From positions 12,570-76,569 of the forward strand of contig CAZVGR010000014.1 in assembly GCA_964626845.1 (NCBI GenBank): a stretch of DNA of 64,000 bases, in the 5' to 3' direction. Source of the stretch: an uncultured Anaerolinea sp. (GTDB taxonomy: Bacteria > Chloroflexota > Anaerolineae > JAAEKA01). Made by a program: the position numbers and the translations under genes. How positions within the stretch are numbered: the stretch's first letter is position 1; each line of letters opens with the position of its first letter. The notes beneath the pieces are model-generated. The model worked only from the letters and a program-made list of their open reading frames with translations, was not told the DNA's origin and did not search any database. Below are positions 39,659 through 49,651 of this stretch, piece after piece.

Positions 39659-40354
39659 TTACTCGCTCAGGATGATCGGCACACGCCAAGGCGGATCATC
39701 GCGCCACACCACCCGCAGCATCAGTCCGGCTTCGGCTGCGCGCTGCTCCATGCGCGCCAACAGGCTGGCCGACTCAGCGCCAGAAATCTGCTGACTCAGC
39801 CTGCCCAAGGCGGGCCAGTCCACGTTGCAGGTCACGAACAAGCCGGCAATAATCAACCGGCCGCCCGGCCGCAGCACGCGACGAAACTCAGCCAGGCTGG
39901 CAGGGTCGACGATGTACTCGGCCGGGAAGGTGGCGACAACGCTGCCAAAGCTGGCTTGGGCCAGAGGCAACTGCTGGGCGCGGCCTCGCAGACGGGGGGT
40001 ATGAAGGCCGCGGCGGCGCAGCGTGGCGGCGGCCTGGCGCTGCATAGCCGGCGACAGGTCGATGCCCACGGCCGGCCAGCCGCGCTCGGCCATGGCCGCC
40101 AGCAGGTGGCCGGTGCCGAAGCCCACTTCCAGCACTGGCCAGCTTTCGACGTAATCCAGCGCCATGCGCCGCCAGCGGTCCCATCGGCCTGCGCTGACGA
40201 TCCACGCGGCCAGGTCATAGCTCCAGGCGAACTCGTTGTACAGCCGGCGCGTCGCCCAGAGGTAGAGCCGGGCTGGCAGCGGCAAGGGGTGGGCAGCTTG
40301 ATCCATGCGCTCAGTGTATCCCAGCCCATACCGATTGTCCAAAAGCGCCAGCAC
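39659..40354 (-). CDS. Class I SAM-dependent methyltransferase
   Basis: Motif I 'VLEVGFGTG'. GTG start 40354 after an AAAGGG SD. Confidence 0.7.
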   Translation of the reverse strand: MLALLDNRYGLGYTERMDQAAHPLPLPARLYLWATRRLYNEFAWSYDLAAWIVSAGRWDRWRRMALDYVESWPVLEVGFGTGHLLAAMAERGWPAVGIDLSPAMQRQAAATLRRRGLHTPRLRGRAQQLPLAQASFGSVVATFPAEYIVDPASLAEFRRVLRPGGRLIIAGLFVTCNVDWPALGRLSQQISGAESASLLARMEQRAAEAGLMLRVVWRDDPPWRVPIILSE

Positions 40355-40455
40355 GATTGCGCCCTTTCACTGATTGCCAAACCCTCCCCTTTCTGGTACA
40401 ATACCGCCCATCGATTGCCCAGTTCAACTATCGCCATCCCACAGGAGCGGGGCGC

Positions 40456-41997
40456 ATGCTGGCAAAAGTCATCAGTTGTTCAGTTGTCGGACTGGAAGGC
40501 ACGGCTGTTGAGGTGGAGGTGGATATCTATGCCAACTCGCTGCCGTCGATCACGCTGGTAGGGCTGCCCGATGCGGCAGTCAAGGAGTCGACAGAACGGG
40601 TGCGCGCGGCGCTGTTCAACTCGGCGCTGTACTATCCGCGCGGCCGGGTGACGGTCAACCTGGCGCCGGCCGACCTGCGCAAGGTGGGGCCGGTCTACGA
40701 CTTGCCCATCGCGGTCGGGCTGCTGGCGGCCAGCGAGCAGGTGCCGCTGGACCGGCTGGAAAACACGCTGTTCATCGGCGAGCTGAGCCTGGACGGCAGT
40801 CTGCGCCACATCGACGGCGTGCTGCCTATGGCCCACATGGCGCAGCAGCAGGGCATCCAGACCGTCTACCTGCCCGAGGTCGACGCGCCCGAGGCCGCGC
40901 TGATCCGCGGGCTGGAGGTCATCCCCGTGCCCTCCATGTCGGCGCTGGTCTCCCACCTGCGCGACTTCGATCCGATCCCCCCGTTCGAGCACAGCGAGAG
41001 CCTCGCCGAGGTAGAGGATCTGCCCTACACCGTCGATTTTGCCGATATAAAGGGTCAGGAACACATCAAAAGGGCGCTGGAAGTCGCCGCCGCCGGTGGT
41101 CATAATTGTCTGATGACTGGCTCTCCAGGAGCTGGCAAGACGCTGATGGCCCGCTCGCTGCCGTCGATTCTGCCCAAGCTGAGCCTGGACGAGGCGCTGG
41201 ACATCACCCGCATCTACTCGGTGACGGGGCAGTTGCCGCCTGGCACGCCGTTGGTCAACCAACGCCCCTTCCGCTCGCCGCATCACACCATCAGCAACGC
41301 CGGGCTGGTGGGCGGGGGCCGGCTGCCGCGGCCGGGTGAGATCAGCCTGGCCCACCGCGGCGTGCTCTTCCTGGATGAGCTGCCGGAGTTTGGGCCGCAT
41401 AACCTGGAAACCCTGCGCCAGCCGCTGGAGGACAAAGTGGTCACCATCAGCCGCGCGCAGGGATCGCTGAGCTTCCCGGCCAATTTCATGCTGGTCGGGG
41501 CCATGAACCCATGCCCTTGCGGCTGGTACGGCGACACGCAGCACGAATGCACCTGCTCGCCAGCCGTGGTCAGCCGCTACCAGAAGCGCCTCTCTGGACC
41601 GCTGCTGGACCGCATCGACATCCACGTGGAGGTGCCGCGCGTGGACTTCGACAAGCTGAGCGACGCACGCCGCGGCGAGACATCCAAGACGATCCGTGAG
41701 CGGGTTGAGGCGGCCAGGGAGCGGCAGCGGCAGCGTTTTGCCAGCTACGCCGATGGGCACAGCCAGCTACTGACCAACGCTGACATGGGACCGGGGGAGA
41801 TTCGCGAGTTCTGCGCAGTGGACGAGGCCGGCCACAGCCTGTTGCGCGCGGCCATGCGCCAACTGCACATGAGCGCCCGCGCCTATCACCGCACCCTCAA
41901 GCTGGCTCGCACCATCGCCGACCTGATCGGCGCCGAGCGCATCGAGACCGCCCACCTGGCTGAGGCGATTCAGTACCGGCCGCGCTGGCAAGTGTAA
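40456..41997 (+). CDS. comM: YifB/ComM family Mg-chelatase-like AAA+ ATPase
   Basis: Start ATG 40456 after AGGAG. ChlI-like AAA+ motifs (GSPGAGKT; LFLDELPEF). Confidence 0.85.
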   Translation: MLAKVISCSVVGLEGTAVEVEVDIYANSLPSITLVGLPDAAVKESTERVRAALFNSALYYPRGRVTVNLAPADLRKVGPVYDLPIAVGLLAASEQVPLDRLENTLFIGELSLDGSLRHIDGVLPMAHMAQQQGIQTVYLPEVDAPEAALIRGLEVIPVPSMSALVSHLRDFDPIPPFEHSESLAEVEDLPYTVDFADIKGQEHIKRALEVAAAGGHNCLMTGSPGAGKTLMARSLPSILPKLSLDEALDITRIYSVTGQLPPGTPLVNQRPFRSPHHTISNAGLVGGGRLPRPGEISLAHRGVLFLDELPEFGPHNLETLRQPLEDKVVTISRAQGSLSFPANFMLVGAMNPCPCGWYGDTQHECTCSPAVVSRYQKRLSGPLLDRIDIHVEVPRVDFDKLSDARRGETSKTIRERVEAARERQRQRFASYADGHSQLLTNADMGPGEIREFCAVDEAGHSLLRAAMRQLHMSARAYHRTLKLARTIADLIGAERIETAHLAEAIQYRPRWQV

Positions 41998-42023
41998 ACG
42001 GTCTGGCAGCGCCCGAAACCAGC

Positions 42024-42071
42024 GGCGGCCAGGATGCTTGGAGATGAGAATCCAAGCATCCTGGCCGCCGC
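42024..42071. terminator. Perfect 20-bp-stem palindrome (cggcggccaggatgcttgga-gatgagaa-tccaagcatcctggccgccg) between convergent genes
   Basis: Direct inspection. Likely bidirectional terminator. Confidence 0.55.
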
Positions 42072-42086
42072 TCCCTTTGCACAGTT

Positions 42087-45000
42087 TTACTGCACCAGAA
42101 TGGTCGTCTGCTGCGTGTCCAGCGTGCTATCCCCCGAGACGATAAAGGCGATGGTTTGCAGCCCCGCGCTAACAGCCTGCACGCGGGCGGTGACTGCAAC
42201 GACCTCATTGGCCGGTATCACCAGCGACTGAGCGCTCAAATCAACCCGCAGCCCAGCGCTGGTTTGCGCGGCCAGCCGCACAGCTTGCGCCTGCCGGCTG
42301 TAGTTGAAGATCTGCACGCGCACATCGACCTGCTCGCCGACCATCATCTGCCCTGGCACGTTGGACGACAAGAACACAGGCTGGAAAACCACCAACCGCG
42401 CCACAGCGCTGCCCAGCCGGCCGCTGCGATCCACGGCCAGCGCCGTGATGCGCCAGGTTGTGATGGCATCGCCGGTAGGGATCGAGACGCTCAGCCGGCC
42501 GCCTGGGTCGGTGATCGCTTCAGGGTTCCAGTAGAGCGTCTGGGGGAAGCGCTCCCGGATGATGGGCAGCGATTCCACAGGTATCTCAGCGGGCGCAACT
42601 GCCGCCTTGGCGGCAGCAGGAGCGGCCAGAGCGTCGGCGGCTGGCGCTTCGACCGTAGCTGGCGGCTGCGGGGTCGCAGTCGCTGCGGGCTGCGGGGTCG
42701 CAGTCGCTGCGGGCTGCGGGGTGGGCGTAGCTGGCGGCTGCGCCGTTGGCTCCGGCTGCGGCGTCGCAGTGGGTTCAGCGGTCGGCGATGCCGTCGGCTC
42801 TGGCGATGCCGTCGGCTCTGGCGATGCCGTCGGCGTTGCCTCCGGCGTCCAGGTGAACGTGGGGCTGGGCGTCGGGCTGGGCGTTGCCGTGGCGGTTGGG
42901 GTGCCAGCGGCATCTGCGCTCTGCGCGCGCACGGCTGCGTCCACTTCAGCAGGGGTCAGTGTCGGGGTCACGGTCGGCGTGATGGTAATCGTCGCCGTGG
43001 CCGTGATCGTCGCTGTGGGCGTGATCGTCGCCGTCTCAGACAGCACAACCGTGGCCGTAATCGGCGCCTGGGCAGCGAAAACCGAGGTCTCAGCCTCGAC
43101 CGTGCCGCTCATCGAACGCAGAGCGTCTGGCTCGATCGTCGGCGTCGCCAGGTCGGGTTCAGTTGTCGCCGTTGCCTCTGGCGCGACTTCAGCCACAACG
43201 GTGGCCTCAGGTTCGGCAGGCTGAAGCATAAACCCAGACGCTTCCTGCGCGCTGACTGCCTCAGTGGGGCCAGGTTCACCCTGCCCACCAAGTGTTTCTT
43301 CCACCATTGGCTGCGCCTCTGCGGCCAGCTCAGCCGGCGCGGCGGCAGATTCAAAGACGGGCGGCGGGGCAGGAGCAGCAGCCGGCGCGGCCATATCACC
43401 GGCGGCCGGCTGCGCTGCCAACCCCTGGCTCTGGGGAGCTGCCGGCGGCGCGGCGCAGGCCGTCAACAGACCGTTGCCCAGCCCATAGACCATTGGCGCA
43501 GTGACCCGCTGAATCAGCTCTGCGCCGCGGAAATCGACCGTGTTGAGGGCCGCCGTCAGCGGCATAACCAGCAAGGCCAGCAGCAGCATGCCCAGCCCGG
43601 CCCGCTTCTGGCCCTCCATGCGCAAGCCCCAGCCGAAGAGCAGCATAGTCGCCAGCAGCACGCCAAAGCTCAACGCCAGCGCCACCAGCCAGGCCGGCGA
43701 CAGCGTGGCGCCCTGGCCGGCTGCAAAGGCCAACAGCGCCAACAACGCCATATAGGCCAGCAGCAACAGGGCCACGTATTGCAGGCGCTGATCACGCTGC
43801 CGCCAGCCGTAGACCAGAAGGGCGATCAGCAGAGCCAGCCATAGCCCGCCAGCCGCAGCCAGCAGCAGCCAGTCACCCTGGCTCGACAGGTTGTCCAGCA
43901 GCATTTGGGTCAGGGCGATCAGCCCTGCGCCCAGCACCGCCAACACCAGCAGGGTCAGCAACAGACGGCCCAGCGCCCCGCCCAGCACACCGCTGCGCCG
44001 CAGTCCTAGCAGCACAATGGCGGCAGCCAGCAGCGCAGCCAGCACCAGCGCCAGGCTGAGGCCGCGGCTGATCTGGCTGAAGGCCTGCTGGCGGGCAGCG
44101 TTGGACGCGCTGTCGCTGGCCTGATCGATGGACTGGGCCGACAGGCTATACTGCCGGCCAGCATAGTTGGCCCAACTGGCCTGGGCTGTCAATTGCTGCG
44201 CCGCCCGTAGCTGCCTGAGCTCCTCGGCCGCAACATCGTCGCCCTCTGGCAGAGCTATACCGCTGTCTGACAGCTCCTGATCCAGCAAGAAGAAGGCGCG
44301 GGTAAAGCCGGGTTGATAAGCGCGCTGGCCGTAAACTGCCTCGTTGACCACCGCCAGCCCGACAGCCGTCTGCACGCCCTCTCCATCGGCCGTCGTCCTG
44401 ACGCTAAGCTCGGCTTGCTGGCCGGGGCGATACTCTACCCGGTCGGTGGCAAGCTGCACCTGCACGTCTTCGGGCGCATCCACCAAAGCCACGCGGGTGT
44501 CCCGCAGGACGTTGTTCTCGCCCGTAAGCTGGTAGGCGTTCAGCTCCAGCGCGCCGACCAACGCCGGCGTCAGGTCGATAGCCAGCGTCGCCTTGCCGTC
44601 CTGGATCAGCGCCGACTGGGTGAGCAGCGTCTGGCCGCCCTTGATCACGTCCACGTAGACCGCCGGGCCGCTGCCGGTGGCGATGGCCTCCACAGCCAGG
44701 GTGTCGCCCACCTGATACAGCGCGCGATCGGTGCGCAGCAGCAGCGTTTCCTGAGCTTCGTCCAGGGGCAGGACCAGCGAGGTCGAGCCGGTGCGGCCGG
44801 CCGCGTCCGTGGCGGTGACGACGACCGCGCGGTCGCCTTCTGCGCCGGCCCGCGGGGTATAGCGCACCTGGGCCACGCCGAAGTCGTTGGTGTCTTCCGT
44901 GATCAGCGCGCCGGAGCCGATCTGCACCTGGAGCGCTGTGGGGGCCGGCCGGCCGTCAGGATAGCTGGTCAGCACGTAGAGGATGTTCTCGACGCCCGCG

Positions 45001-46379
45001 CGCAGCGTGCCATCCTCCGGCGTCACGTCGATCAGGATCGGCTCGCGCGCCAGGGTCAGCGCCTGCCAGCCAAACTGGGCATCGCCGGTAACGTCGACCA
45101 CGGTGGCCTCCAGCGCCAAATCGATGACGCCGCCAGGGCCAAACGCGTCCTCTGCCAGGTCAGGCAACTGGAACTGGAAGGCGAACAGGCCGTCAGCGTT
45201 GCTCTCCCCCAGCAATTCCTCAGTAAACAGCAACACTTCGCCGGCAGTGGGGTCTTGCTCCAGGCGTATGCCCACCAGGCGCAAGGCGACCTGGCCGCCG
45301 GCCACGGGCTTGCCGAAGAAATAGCTGGCGCTAACCTGGCCGGTCAGCAGGTCGCCAGGCAGGTAGTACGGGGCGTCGGTCTTCACATCGACCAGGAAGG
45401 TGGGCAGCGGCGCCTGGCCCAGGGTCACGCTCAGCTCCGACACCGTATCGCCCAGCGTGGCGCGCAGTTGGTACTGGCCTAACGGGGTGTCGACGGCCAG
45501 GGGCAGGCTGGTGGCGGCGATGCCAAACTCCGACGACATCTGCTGCTGCGACAGGATCTGCCGGCCGGCCGCGTCGAAGACCTCGAAGCGCGTGACCGCG
45601 CCAGAGGCCGGGGTCTCGTCCACCGTGCCCAGGGCCAGCGTGCGCAGATGGATGGTCTCACCCGGCTGGTAAACCGGCTTGTCGCTGCTCAGCAGCAGGC
45701 GGTAAGAGCGCTGCAACAGCACGGGCGCGACGACTTCGTCCTGGCCCAGATCGCTCTGGGTGGACACGATCAACTCGGCGTTGCCCTCCCAGTCGGCCGG
45801 CACGTCGAACTGCACCGGCGCCGAGCCGGTGGCGTCGGTGCGGCCCTGGAAGACGGTGCGGGCCAGGCCGGCCTGGCGCATCTGCACGGCCACGCTGGCA
45901 TCGGCGACTGGTTGGTTATCGGCTGGGTTATTGACCACCACGCGCAGCGCGGCCTGGCTGCCGGGCGCCAGGGTGTCCTGGCCCAGCACCAGGGTCTGCT
46001 GGGCGCTGTTCTGCGCCGGGAGCCGGGTTGCGCTGAGCACCATGCCAAAGAAGAAAACGGCCACCAGCGGGATAGCTGCCTTGCTCAGGGGGCGCAACCC
46101 GGCCAGCAGCGCGGCCCACAGGCCGGCCAGGCTGCTCTCTTTACGGTTGCGTTGAGCCAGCAAAGCGCTGCGCATGCGCGCTTCCGCGGCCGCAGACAGA
46201 TGGACCGAGTTATAGACCACCGGCACAACTGTGCTCAGGCCCACCCGCAGCCGCTGGAGGTCCACCAGCTCAGCCGCGCAGGCCGGGCAGTCAGCGATAT
46301 GCGCCTCGGCGGCCTGCATCTCCGCCGGGCTCAGCTCACCATCCAGGTAAGCCAGCAGGTCTAGTTCGATGTGAGTCAT
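42087..46379 (-). CDS. Giant anti-sigma factor: N-terminal zf-HC2 anti-sigma domain, TM, alpha-2-macroglobulin-like (MG) domains, internal multi-TM block, Thr/Pro/Ala-rich linker, A2M-like C-terminal domain
   Basis: 1430 aa. 'HIADCPACAAEL' zinc-finger anti-sigma motif. Repeated 'Y(Q/R)PGE(T/Q)' MG-domain signatures. Directly downstream of the ECF sigma gene. Confidence 0.7.
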   Translation of the reverse strand: MTHIELDLLAYLDGELSPAEMQAAEAHIADCPACAAELVDLQRLRVGLSTVVPVVYNSVHLSAAAEARMRSALLAQRNRKESSLAGLWAALLAGLRPLSKAAIPLVAVFFFGMVLSATRLPAQNSAQQTLVLGQDTLAPGSQAALRVVVNNPADNQPVADASVAVQMRQAGLARTVFQGRTDATGSAPVQFDVPADWEGNAELIVSTQSDLGQDEVVAPVLLQRSYRLLLSSDKPVYQPGETIHLRTLALGTVDETPASGAVTRFEVFDAAGRQILSQQQMSSEFGIAATSLPLAVDTPLGQYQLRATLGDTVSELSVTLGQAPLPTFLVDVKTDAPYYLPGDLLTGQVSASYFFGKPVAGGQVALRLVGIRLEQDPTAGEVLLFTEELLGESNADGLFAFQFQLPDLAEDAFGPGGVIDLALEATVVDVTGDAQFGWQALTLAREPILIDVTPEDGTLRAGVENILYVLTSYPDGRPAPTALQVQIGSGALITEDTNDFGVAQVRYTPRAGAEGDRAVVVTATDAAGRTGSTSLVLPLDEAQETLLLRTDRALYQVGDTLAVEAIATGSGPAVYVDVIKGGQTLLTQSALIQDGKATLAIDLTPALVGALELNAYQLTGENNVLRDTRVALVDAPEDVQVQLATDRVEYRPGQQAELSVRTTADGEGVQTAVGLAVVNEAVYGQRAYQPGFTRAFFLLDQELSDSGIALPEGDDVAAEELRQLRAAQQLTAQASWANYAGRQYSLSAQSIDQASDSASNAARQQAFSQISRGLSLALVLAALLAAAIVLLGLRRSGVLGGALGRLLLTLLVLAVLGAGLIALTQMLLDNLSSQGDWLLLAAAGGLWLALLIALLVYGWRQRDQRLQYVALLLLAYMALLALLAFAAGQGATLSPAWLVALALSFGVLLATMLLFGWGLRMEGQKRAGLGMLLLALLVMPLTAALNTVDFRGAELIQRVTAPMVYGLGNGLLTACAAPPAAPQSQGLAAQPAAGDMAAPAAAPAPPPVFESAAAPAELAAEAQPMVEETLGGQGEPGPTEAVSAQEASGFMLQPAEPEATVVAEVAPEATATTEPDLATPTIEPDALRSMSGTVEAETSVFAAQAPITATVVLSETATITPTATITATATITITPTVTPTLTPAEVDAAVRAQSADAAGTPTATATPSPTPSPTFTWTPEATPTASPEPTASPEPTASPTAEPTATPQPEPTAQPPATPTPQPAATATPQPAATATPQPPATVEAPAADALAAPAAAKAAVAPAEIPVESLPIIRERFPQTLYWNPEAITDPGGRLSVSIPTGDAITTWRITALAVDRSGRLGSAVARLVVFQPVFLSSNVPGQMMVGEQVDVRVQIFNYSRQAQAVRLAAQTSAGLRVDLSAQSLVIPANEVVAVTARVQAVSAGLQTIAFIVSGDSTLDTQQTTILVQ
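42620..42900 (-). repeat. In-frame tandem DNA repeats (18-bp units, e.g. ggcgatgccgtcggctct x3) encoding the TASPEP/TPTATA linker
   Basis: Direct inspection. Confidence 0.7.
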
Positions 46380-46419
46380 AAATGAATGTATCGCTCGGGC
46401 CGGTCTCCGACCGAGCCCG

Positions 46420-47136
46420 TCAGCGCAGTGTCAGCAAAAGCATCATCATCTGCGCTGCCGAACGACGCCGGCCCAGGTCGGGTGCTTGCGTTGTCAGAAT
46501 CTCCTGTAACTTCTTGTGCGCATTGAAGAGCCGCGACTTGACGGTGCCGATGTTGATCTGCAAGGCGTCTGCGATCTCCTCATACGAAAACTCCTGGCCG
46601 TAGCGCATCAGCACCACTTCACGATGCACGTCGCTCAACTGGTTGACCGCGGCCCACAGGCGGACTTTGTCCTCCTGACGCAGGGCCAGGTCCTCTGGAT
46701 TGCCAGCCACGTGGCCGGTCATCGAGCCGTCAGACGGCTCAGCCTCGGCCGGCATGCGCTCCAGGCGCTCTTCCATCTCGTCCCAGTCGGCCGAGGGCAG
46801 GCGTTTTTTGCGCAGCCGCGTCTTGCAGCGGTTGACCGTCACCCGGTAGACCCAGGTCTCGAAGCGGGCCGCGCCGTCCACGTCATAGCTTCTCAGGCCG
46901 CGCAGCACGTCCATGAAAGTCTCCTGCGTGGCCTCTTCGGCGTCGTCGCTGTTGCGCAACGTCATGTAGGCCACGCGGTACACATAGTCCTTGTAGCGCT
47001 CGAACAGCGCGTCAAAGGCCGCTGGCTGGCCGGCCTGGTGACGCCTGATCAATTCCTCGGTGGACACACCGTAGGTTGGGGTCCTGCTGCGCCCAGCCGG
47101 GACTGCGCTGGCAGGGTTCGCTACATCGGAAGGCAC
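46420..47136 (-). CDS. RNA polymerase ECF-type sigma-70 factor
   Basis: Region 2 (FDALFERYKDYVYRVAYMTL...ETFM) and region 4 (FSYEEIADALQINIGTVKSRL). GTG start with AAGGA SD. Confidence 0.8.
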   Translation of the reverse strand: MPSDVANPASAVPAGRSRTPTYGVSTEELIRRHQAGQPAAFDALFERYKDYVYRVAYMTLRNSDDAEEATQETFMDVLRGLRSYDVDGAARFETWVYRVTVNRCKTRLRKKRLPSADWDEMEERLERMPAEAEPSDGSMTGHVAGNPEDLALRQEDKVRLWAAVNQLSDVHREVVLMRYGQEFSYEEIADALQINIGTVKSRLFNAHKKLQEILTTQAPDLGRRRSAAQMMMLLLTLR

Positions 47137-47302
47137 GTCGTATTCCTTGACGCCTGCGGGTTACATGCAGGGCGAGTGGGATTTGTTCGCAGGAGGAGAC
47201 GGCCTGCGAAGATGGGATGGTTCCCGTTGTTGGCTTGCAGTGTAGCCGGGGAGATAGAAGGAGTCAAACTGCGGGGAATGGGTTTGCCGGGGATGAGAGT
47301 GA

Positions 47303-47338
47303 GAGATGACATTTCTTCCGCAGAAATGTCATCTCTGA
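47303..47338. repeat. Palindrome AGAGATGACATTTCT-tccgcag-AGAAATGTCATCTCT (GAGATGACATTTCT family)
   Basis: Direct inspection. Lies between the dinB-like operon end and the sigma gene. Confidence 0.8.
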
Positions 47339-47356
47339 AGGATGGAGGGCAGGCCC

Positions 47357-47845
47357 TTAACGCTCTAGCTCATCGAAGTACGCCCAACTATCCAGCTCCG
47401 GCGGCTCGATGCCCAGTTGCGTCAGAATGGCCATGACCTGGGCGCGGTGCTCGGTGGCATGGTTGATGGCCTGGGTGAGCAGGATTGTCTTGGGCACGTC
47501 GCGCAGCACGCCGTCCCAGTCGATCTCTACCACGTCGCCGGCCTGCACCTGGGGCGCCCAGTCGACCAGGCCGGCGCCGCTGGCGCGCGTCCATGCGAGC
47601 ATCTCGGCCAGGGTCAGCGGCGGCGCATCGGCGGGATGGCGGTACGGCCGGCCGGTGCTGATGCGGGAGAAATAGGAGCGCTCGGCGCTGACGATATGCT
47701 GCAAGGTGTCGCGGATCGAGCCGAACGTGCCCAGCAGCGTGGCGTCCAGTTGTTCGTCGCTCAGCCCGGCGCACAGCTCGATGAGGCGCTCGTTGGCCCA
47801 CAGGTTGTGACGGAAGAGGGTGGTGAGGGTGTCGGTAGGGTTCAT
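47357..47845 (-). CDS. DinB/YfiT-like (DinB_2) family protein
   Basis: Start ATG 47845 (MNPTDT) after GGAG. The ORF extension to 48346 is spurious. His-rich DinB-fold motifs. Confidence 0.65.
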   Translation of the reverse strand: MNPTDTLTTLFRHNLWANERLIELCAGLSDEQLDATLLGTFGSIRDTLQHIVSAERSYFSRISTGRPYRHPADAPPLTLAEMLAWTRASGAGLVDWAPQVQAGDVVEIDWDGVLRDVPKTILLTQAINHATEHRAQVMAILTQLGIEPPELDSWAYFDELER

Positions 47846-48420
47846 GGGAGCACTCCGTTGGTGGCAGCGAAATCGACTTCCTCGGCCGTGGCGATGCGGT
47901 TGGCGCGGCCAGGGTAGCTTAGCCAGGTCATGGCAACGTTGAGGTCGCGGATGATGCTCTCCGCCTCGATGCGCATGCCGTCGTCGAACTCCATGGCGCC
48001 GGTGGTGTGGGCGTCCTTGAGGAGGGTCAGGTCGTAGCCGCGATCCAGCGCGCCGTAGGCTGTGGCGCGGATGCACCAGTTGGTGGCGGCGCCGGCCAGC
48101 ACCACGTGGGTTGCGCTGAGCCGGGCCAGCTCCTCTTCCAGGGTGGTCTGCTCGAACGAGGAGTTGAAGCGCTTGTGGATCACCGGCTCGTCCGCGGCCG
48201 GCGTGAGTTCCGGCGCCCACTGCCACGCCTCGCTGCCGTACACCAACTCCTCGTCCGAATGCTGCACCCAGATCACGGGCGCGCCACGAAGGCGCGCCCG
48301 CTGGACGGCGCGCGCCACATTCCTGACGATGCGGGGGGCATCCCACGCCTCGCTCACCACGCCGACCTGCACATCGACCACCAGCAGGACTGTCTTGTTG
48401 CCTGCGCGTATTGTTGCCAT
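47842..48420 (-). CDS. Isochorismatase family (cysteine hydrolase) protein
   Basis: Start ATG 48420 (MATIRAG) after GGAG. ATGA overlap with the downstream gene. Confidence 0.7.
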   Translation of the reverse strand: MATIRAGNKTVLLVVDVQVGVVSEAWDAPRIVRNVARAVQRARLRGAPVIWVQHSDEELVYGSEAWQWAPELTPAADEPVIHKRFNSSFEQTTLEEELARLSATHVVLAGAATNWCIRATAYGALDRGYDLTLLKDAHTTGAMEFDDGMRIEAESIIRDLNVAMTWLSYPGRANRIATAEEVDFAATNGVLP

Positions 48421-48510
48421 GCCATTATCTCCAATCGCCGTCAGCCAATGGTACGGCGCGATCATGGGTCTCGGCCCATCTGTCGAAAAGCTGAGTGCGC
48501 TCTGTTTGGT

Positions 48511-48699
48511 TCATAGCTGAGGAGTCTCTTCTTCTGTCTCCTCTGCCAACAATTCTTCGAGCACTTGAATGGCGCCGCTGATGCGCTGCAGGGTGGTTTG
48601 CAGATCGGCCTTTTTGGTCTCCAGATCAGCCAGCATTTTTTGGCCGGCTTCGTATTCGGACTTTAACTCGGCGATACGTCGTTCAAGCTGTGGGCGCAT
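48511..48699 (-). CDS. Small coiled-coil hypothetical protein (62 aa)
   Basis: AAAGGA SD 5 nt upstream. Heptad-like sequence. Confidence 0.4.
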   Translation of the reverse strand: MRPQLERRIAELKSEYEAGQKMLADLETKKADLQTTLQRISGAIQVLEELLAEETEEETPQL

Positions 48700-48720
48700 A
48701 TCAAATCCTTTCTGTATGCC

Positions 48721-49062
48721 TTATGACTGCGGGTCGAACTGGAAGACGCGCAACTCCTGGTCGCAGCGGCAGGCCCTGGCGATGCGCGCGGCCCACGCGA
48801 CCGCCTCCTCGCGCGAGGGCAGTTCGAGCACGGTGAAGCCGCCGTCGAGCGGGGGCGCCCACGGATAGCCGCCCTCGGCGACCGCGCCGTCGGCCGAGAC
48901 GAGCACAGGTGGCACGTCCGCGTCGATGCCGCCGCCGAAGACGTAGACGCCGGCAGCCTTTGCCTCATCGATCACGGCATGTGCGTCACGGCCCACCGCC
49001 TCCCACTCGCCGTCGGGCACGTCCATCGCCGCGCTGGGAAAGGAAATCAGGTACTTGGACAT
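48721..49062 (-). CDS. YciI-like (YCII-related) family protein
   Basis: 113 aa. DGPF-type domain pattern. Confidence 0.6.
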   Translation of the reverse strand: MSKYLISFPSAAMDVPDGEWEAVGRDAHAVIDEAKAAGVYVFGGGIDADVPPVLVSADGAVAEGGYPWAPPLDGGFTVLELPSREEAVAWAARIARACRCDQELRVFQFDPQS

Positions 49063-49117
49063 TGGTGCTCCTTCTGTTGGGGATTATGACCGCGAGTTCG
49101 TCGCCTGCAAGCACTCG

Positions 49118-49651
49118 TTAGCCCGGCCGATTGGACAATTGGTCATCTTCTCTGTGACCCGGACACCCCGCGGTTTGGAGTACCATTGTGACGACTTCCT
49201 GCAAAGCGATGCTGGCGTCAATCTCATGATCTGCAACCTTTCGCAACAAAGGCTCAATCTCGGAGATGTTGCTCAGGACAGCGGCTGCTTCTGCGGGGTC
49301 CTTCCCGTATGGATTCCCCGTTCGCGTGGTCAGCCGGTCGAGGAGTACTTCGGCAGGCGCACTTAGCAGGATCACATGATCGAACTGCGGCAGGAACTCT
49401 CCCATATTCGCTGCACAACCACTCACGAAGAGCCAGTCGGCAGCCTCGTCTGCGAGAAGATCCTGAACCGCGTCCTCCCTCCACACCCAGTCCTTGCCAA
49501 CACGGGATCCCGTCGGATTGCCGGCGATGTCGACCCAGTGCGACCACTCTTCTGAGTCGAGATCCACCGCCATGTACCCGAATTCACCGAGTTTCTGCGT
49601 GATCGATGATTTTCCGGTTCCGGACATGCCGGTCAGTAGAACTCGGATCAT
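49118..49651 (-). CDS. P-loop NTPase (small kinase-like AAA family ATPase)
   Basis: Walker A 'LTGMSGTGKSS'. 177 aa. Lower-GC context. Confidence 0.55.
   Translation of the reverse strand: MIRVLLTGMSGTGKSSITQKLGEFGYMAVDLDSEEWSHWVDIAGNPTGSRVGKDWVWREDAVQDLLADEAADWLFVSGCAANMGEFLPQFDHVILLSAPAEVLLDRLTTRTGNPYGKDPAEAAAVLSNISEIEPLLRKVADHEIDASIALQEVVTMVLQTAGCPGHREDDQLSNRPG

Noticed and set aside
47846-48346. N-terminal 167 codons of ORF 47357-48346 (minus)
   Set aside because: They overlap the isochorismatase-family gene in another frame. The DinB-like domain starts at Met 47845 with its own SD.
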